A stretch of 64,000 nt of DNA. It comes from Thermoplasmata archaeon (GTDB taxonomy: Archaea; Thermoplasmatota; Thermoplasmata; GCA-020350865). Where the stretch lies: contig CP070751.1 in assembly GCA_020348445.1 (NCBI GenBank), forward strand, positions 4,321,723-4,385,722. Reading direction: 5' to 3'. A program made the translations under genes and the position numbers. The notes under the pieces were generated by a model. The model worked only from the letters and a program-made list of their open reading frames with translations, had not been told where the DNA came from and searched no databases. This document shows positions 63,034 to 64,000 of the stretch, one piece after another; position 1 is the stretch's first letter; each line of letters starts with the position of its first letter.

Positions 63034-63342
63034 TTACCCTATGTCCAGAGTTATAATTGCCCTCCCACTGTCATCATCTTCCACGACTAAAGTTACAGTA
63101 CCTGGCCCTTCATATGTCAATGCAATCGTGTCTATGATGTCCATGGGATTTACTTCCGGTGAGGGATAGGAATCAGTATTTGGAGGATTATTAAGGTATG
63201 TAACAGTCACAGTCTGAGTGCCATAGGAGTAAGTGAAAGTTAAATCATCGCATCCAGGATCTGTGACATGAGAGGTAATCTCAAATGAGCACCCGATAAA
63301 ATGGCTATTCAAATCCACCTCCCAGGGGTCGATGTGGTTCAA
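63034..63342 (-). pseudogene. Truncated C-terminal fragment of a PKD-like surface protein
   Basis: VTDPGCDDLTFTYSYG..YLNNPPNTDSYPSPEVNPMDI..TVTLVVEDDDSG resembles degenerate PKD repeats; TTG start just after an in-frame stop; no signal peptide. Confidence 0.55.
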
Positions 63343-63439
63343 GTGATCGCTATTTCACTCCCTCTATACCCTTGCATTAGGTGAAATCCATAGGGGGGAC
63401 TCAATTGCATAAGCGATTATTTATAAAATGTTCCTCTTA

Positions 63440-63970
63440 TTAAATCTTACAAATTTTAACTAATTCCTTAGTGATTTCGAAACAATCATCTACGGCCATT
63501 AAAAGCTCATCATGTATCGCACTTCTTGAATAATAAAGTTGAACTAATACACCTGCATCTTTTGCGGCTTCTATTGCTGGAACAAAGTCGCTGTCACCTG
63601 TCACCATTATTGCTTTTCCGATCTGTCTTCCCCAACTCATTCTGACCAGGTCAACAGCCATTAATATATCGACACGTTTTTGTACAAATTCGCCTCCGAT
63701 TCTCCCTAATTTCCCTAATCTGACCTCAAATCTTGGGAGCTTTCGCAATGTATAAATAAATCTATCCATTGCAGAAAATCTTCGTCTTTCGTCGTCTGTT
63801 GGAGGATCATGCTGATAAGGCATACAATTATAATAGTATGTTCTTAATCTTTCAGATCCTTTACATAGCTCTTCAGATAATTTTAAAAGGTCAACCCTTA
63901 CACGATTAAAATCGCTATCTAAAATCTTAGCTAGATAACCACCGTCTATTAAAACAACTGCCCTTTCCAA
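63440..63970 (-). CDS. NYN/LabA (PIN-like) domain protein
   Basis: VLIDGGYL, RTYYY, QKRVDILMAVDL, VTGDSDFVPAI..GV.V. Confidence 0.92.
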   Translation of the reverse strand: MERAVVLIDGGYLAKILDSDFNRVRVDLLKLSEELCKGSERLRTYYYNCMPYQHDPPTDDERRRFSAMDRFIYTLRKLPRFEVRLGKLGRIGGEFVQKRVDILMAVDLVRMSWGRQIGKAIMVTGDSDFVPAIEAAKDAGVLVQLYYSRSAIHDELLMAVDDCFEITKELVKICKI

Positions 63971-64000
63971 AAAATCACCTTATTATATTTGACTGTCATC

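Noticed and set aside
1-64000. Transposase, integrase or prophage genes
   Set aside because: No DDE, HUH or tyrosine/serine recombinase motifs and no viral structural genes were recognised in the ORF track; no terminal inverted repeats with target duplications were noticed.

Overview
Archaeal chromosomal segment, most likely from an uncultured Thermoplasmatota lineage. The archaeal origin is inferred from type II GAPDH, psmB-aCPSF1, TYW1, the rpl7ae-rps28e-rpl24e-ndk operon, tRNA introns with bulge-helix-bulge motifs and class III signal-peptide pilins. Much of the window is housekeeping: a glycine-cleavage/lipoylation operon (gcvH-gcvPA-gcvPB-lipS1-lipS2-lplB-lplA), gap, hpt, metG, two intron-containing tRNAs, purE, guaA-B, sucCD, ABCE1 and ribosomal proteins. 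The standout is a co-oriented ~21 kb locus (37387-58708). It encodes three giant paralogous trans-envelope proteins with a conserved extracellular half (DOMON/CBM9-like repeats, Asp-rich Ca-binding-like loops, lamin-tail domain, PEF-CTERM tail) and different cytoplasmic halves (Cys4 zinc-ribbon arrays, HhH, TPR, a degenerate KaiC domain, strongly acidic or basic low-complexity tracts, and a juxtamembrane [LIV]-T-N-G repeat). Between and after them lie two stand-alone KaiC-like ATPases, two winged-helix regulators and a solo Cas4-family nuclease with 8 predicted TM helices inserted between its Fe-S ligands. No CRISPR array, cas1/cas2 or transposase was seen. All family assignments are by eye from motifs; no database search was run.
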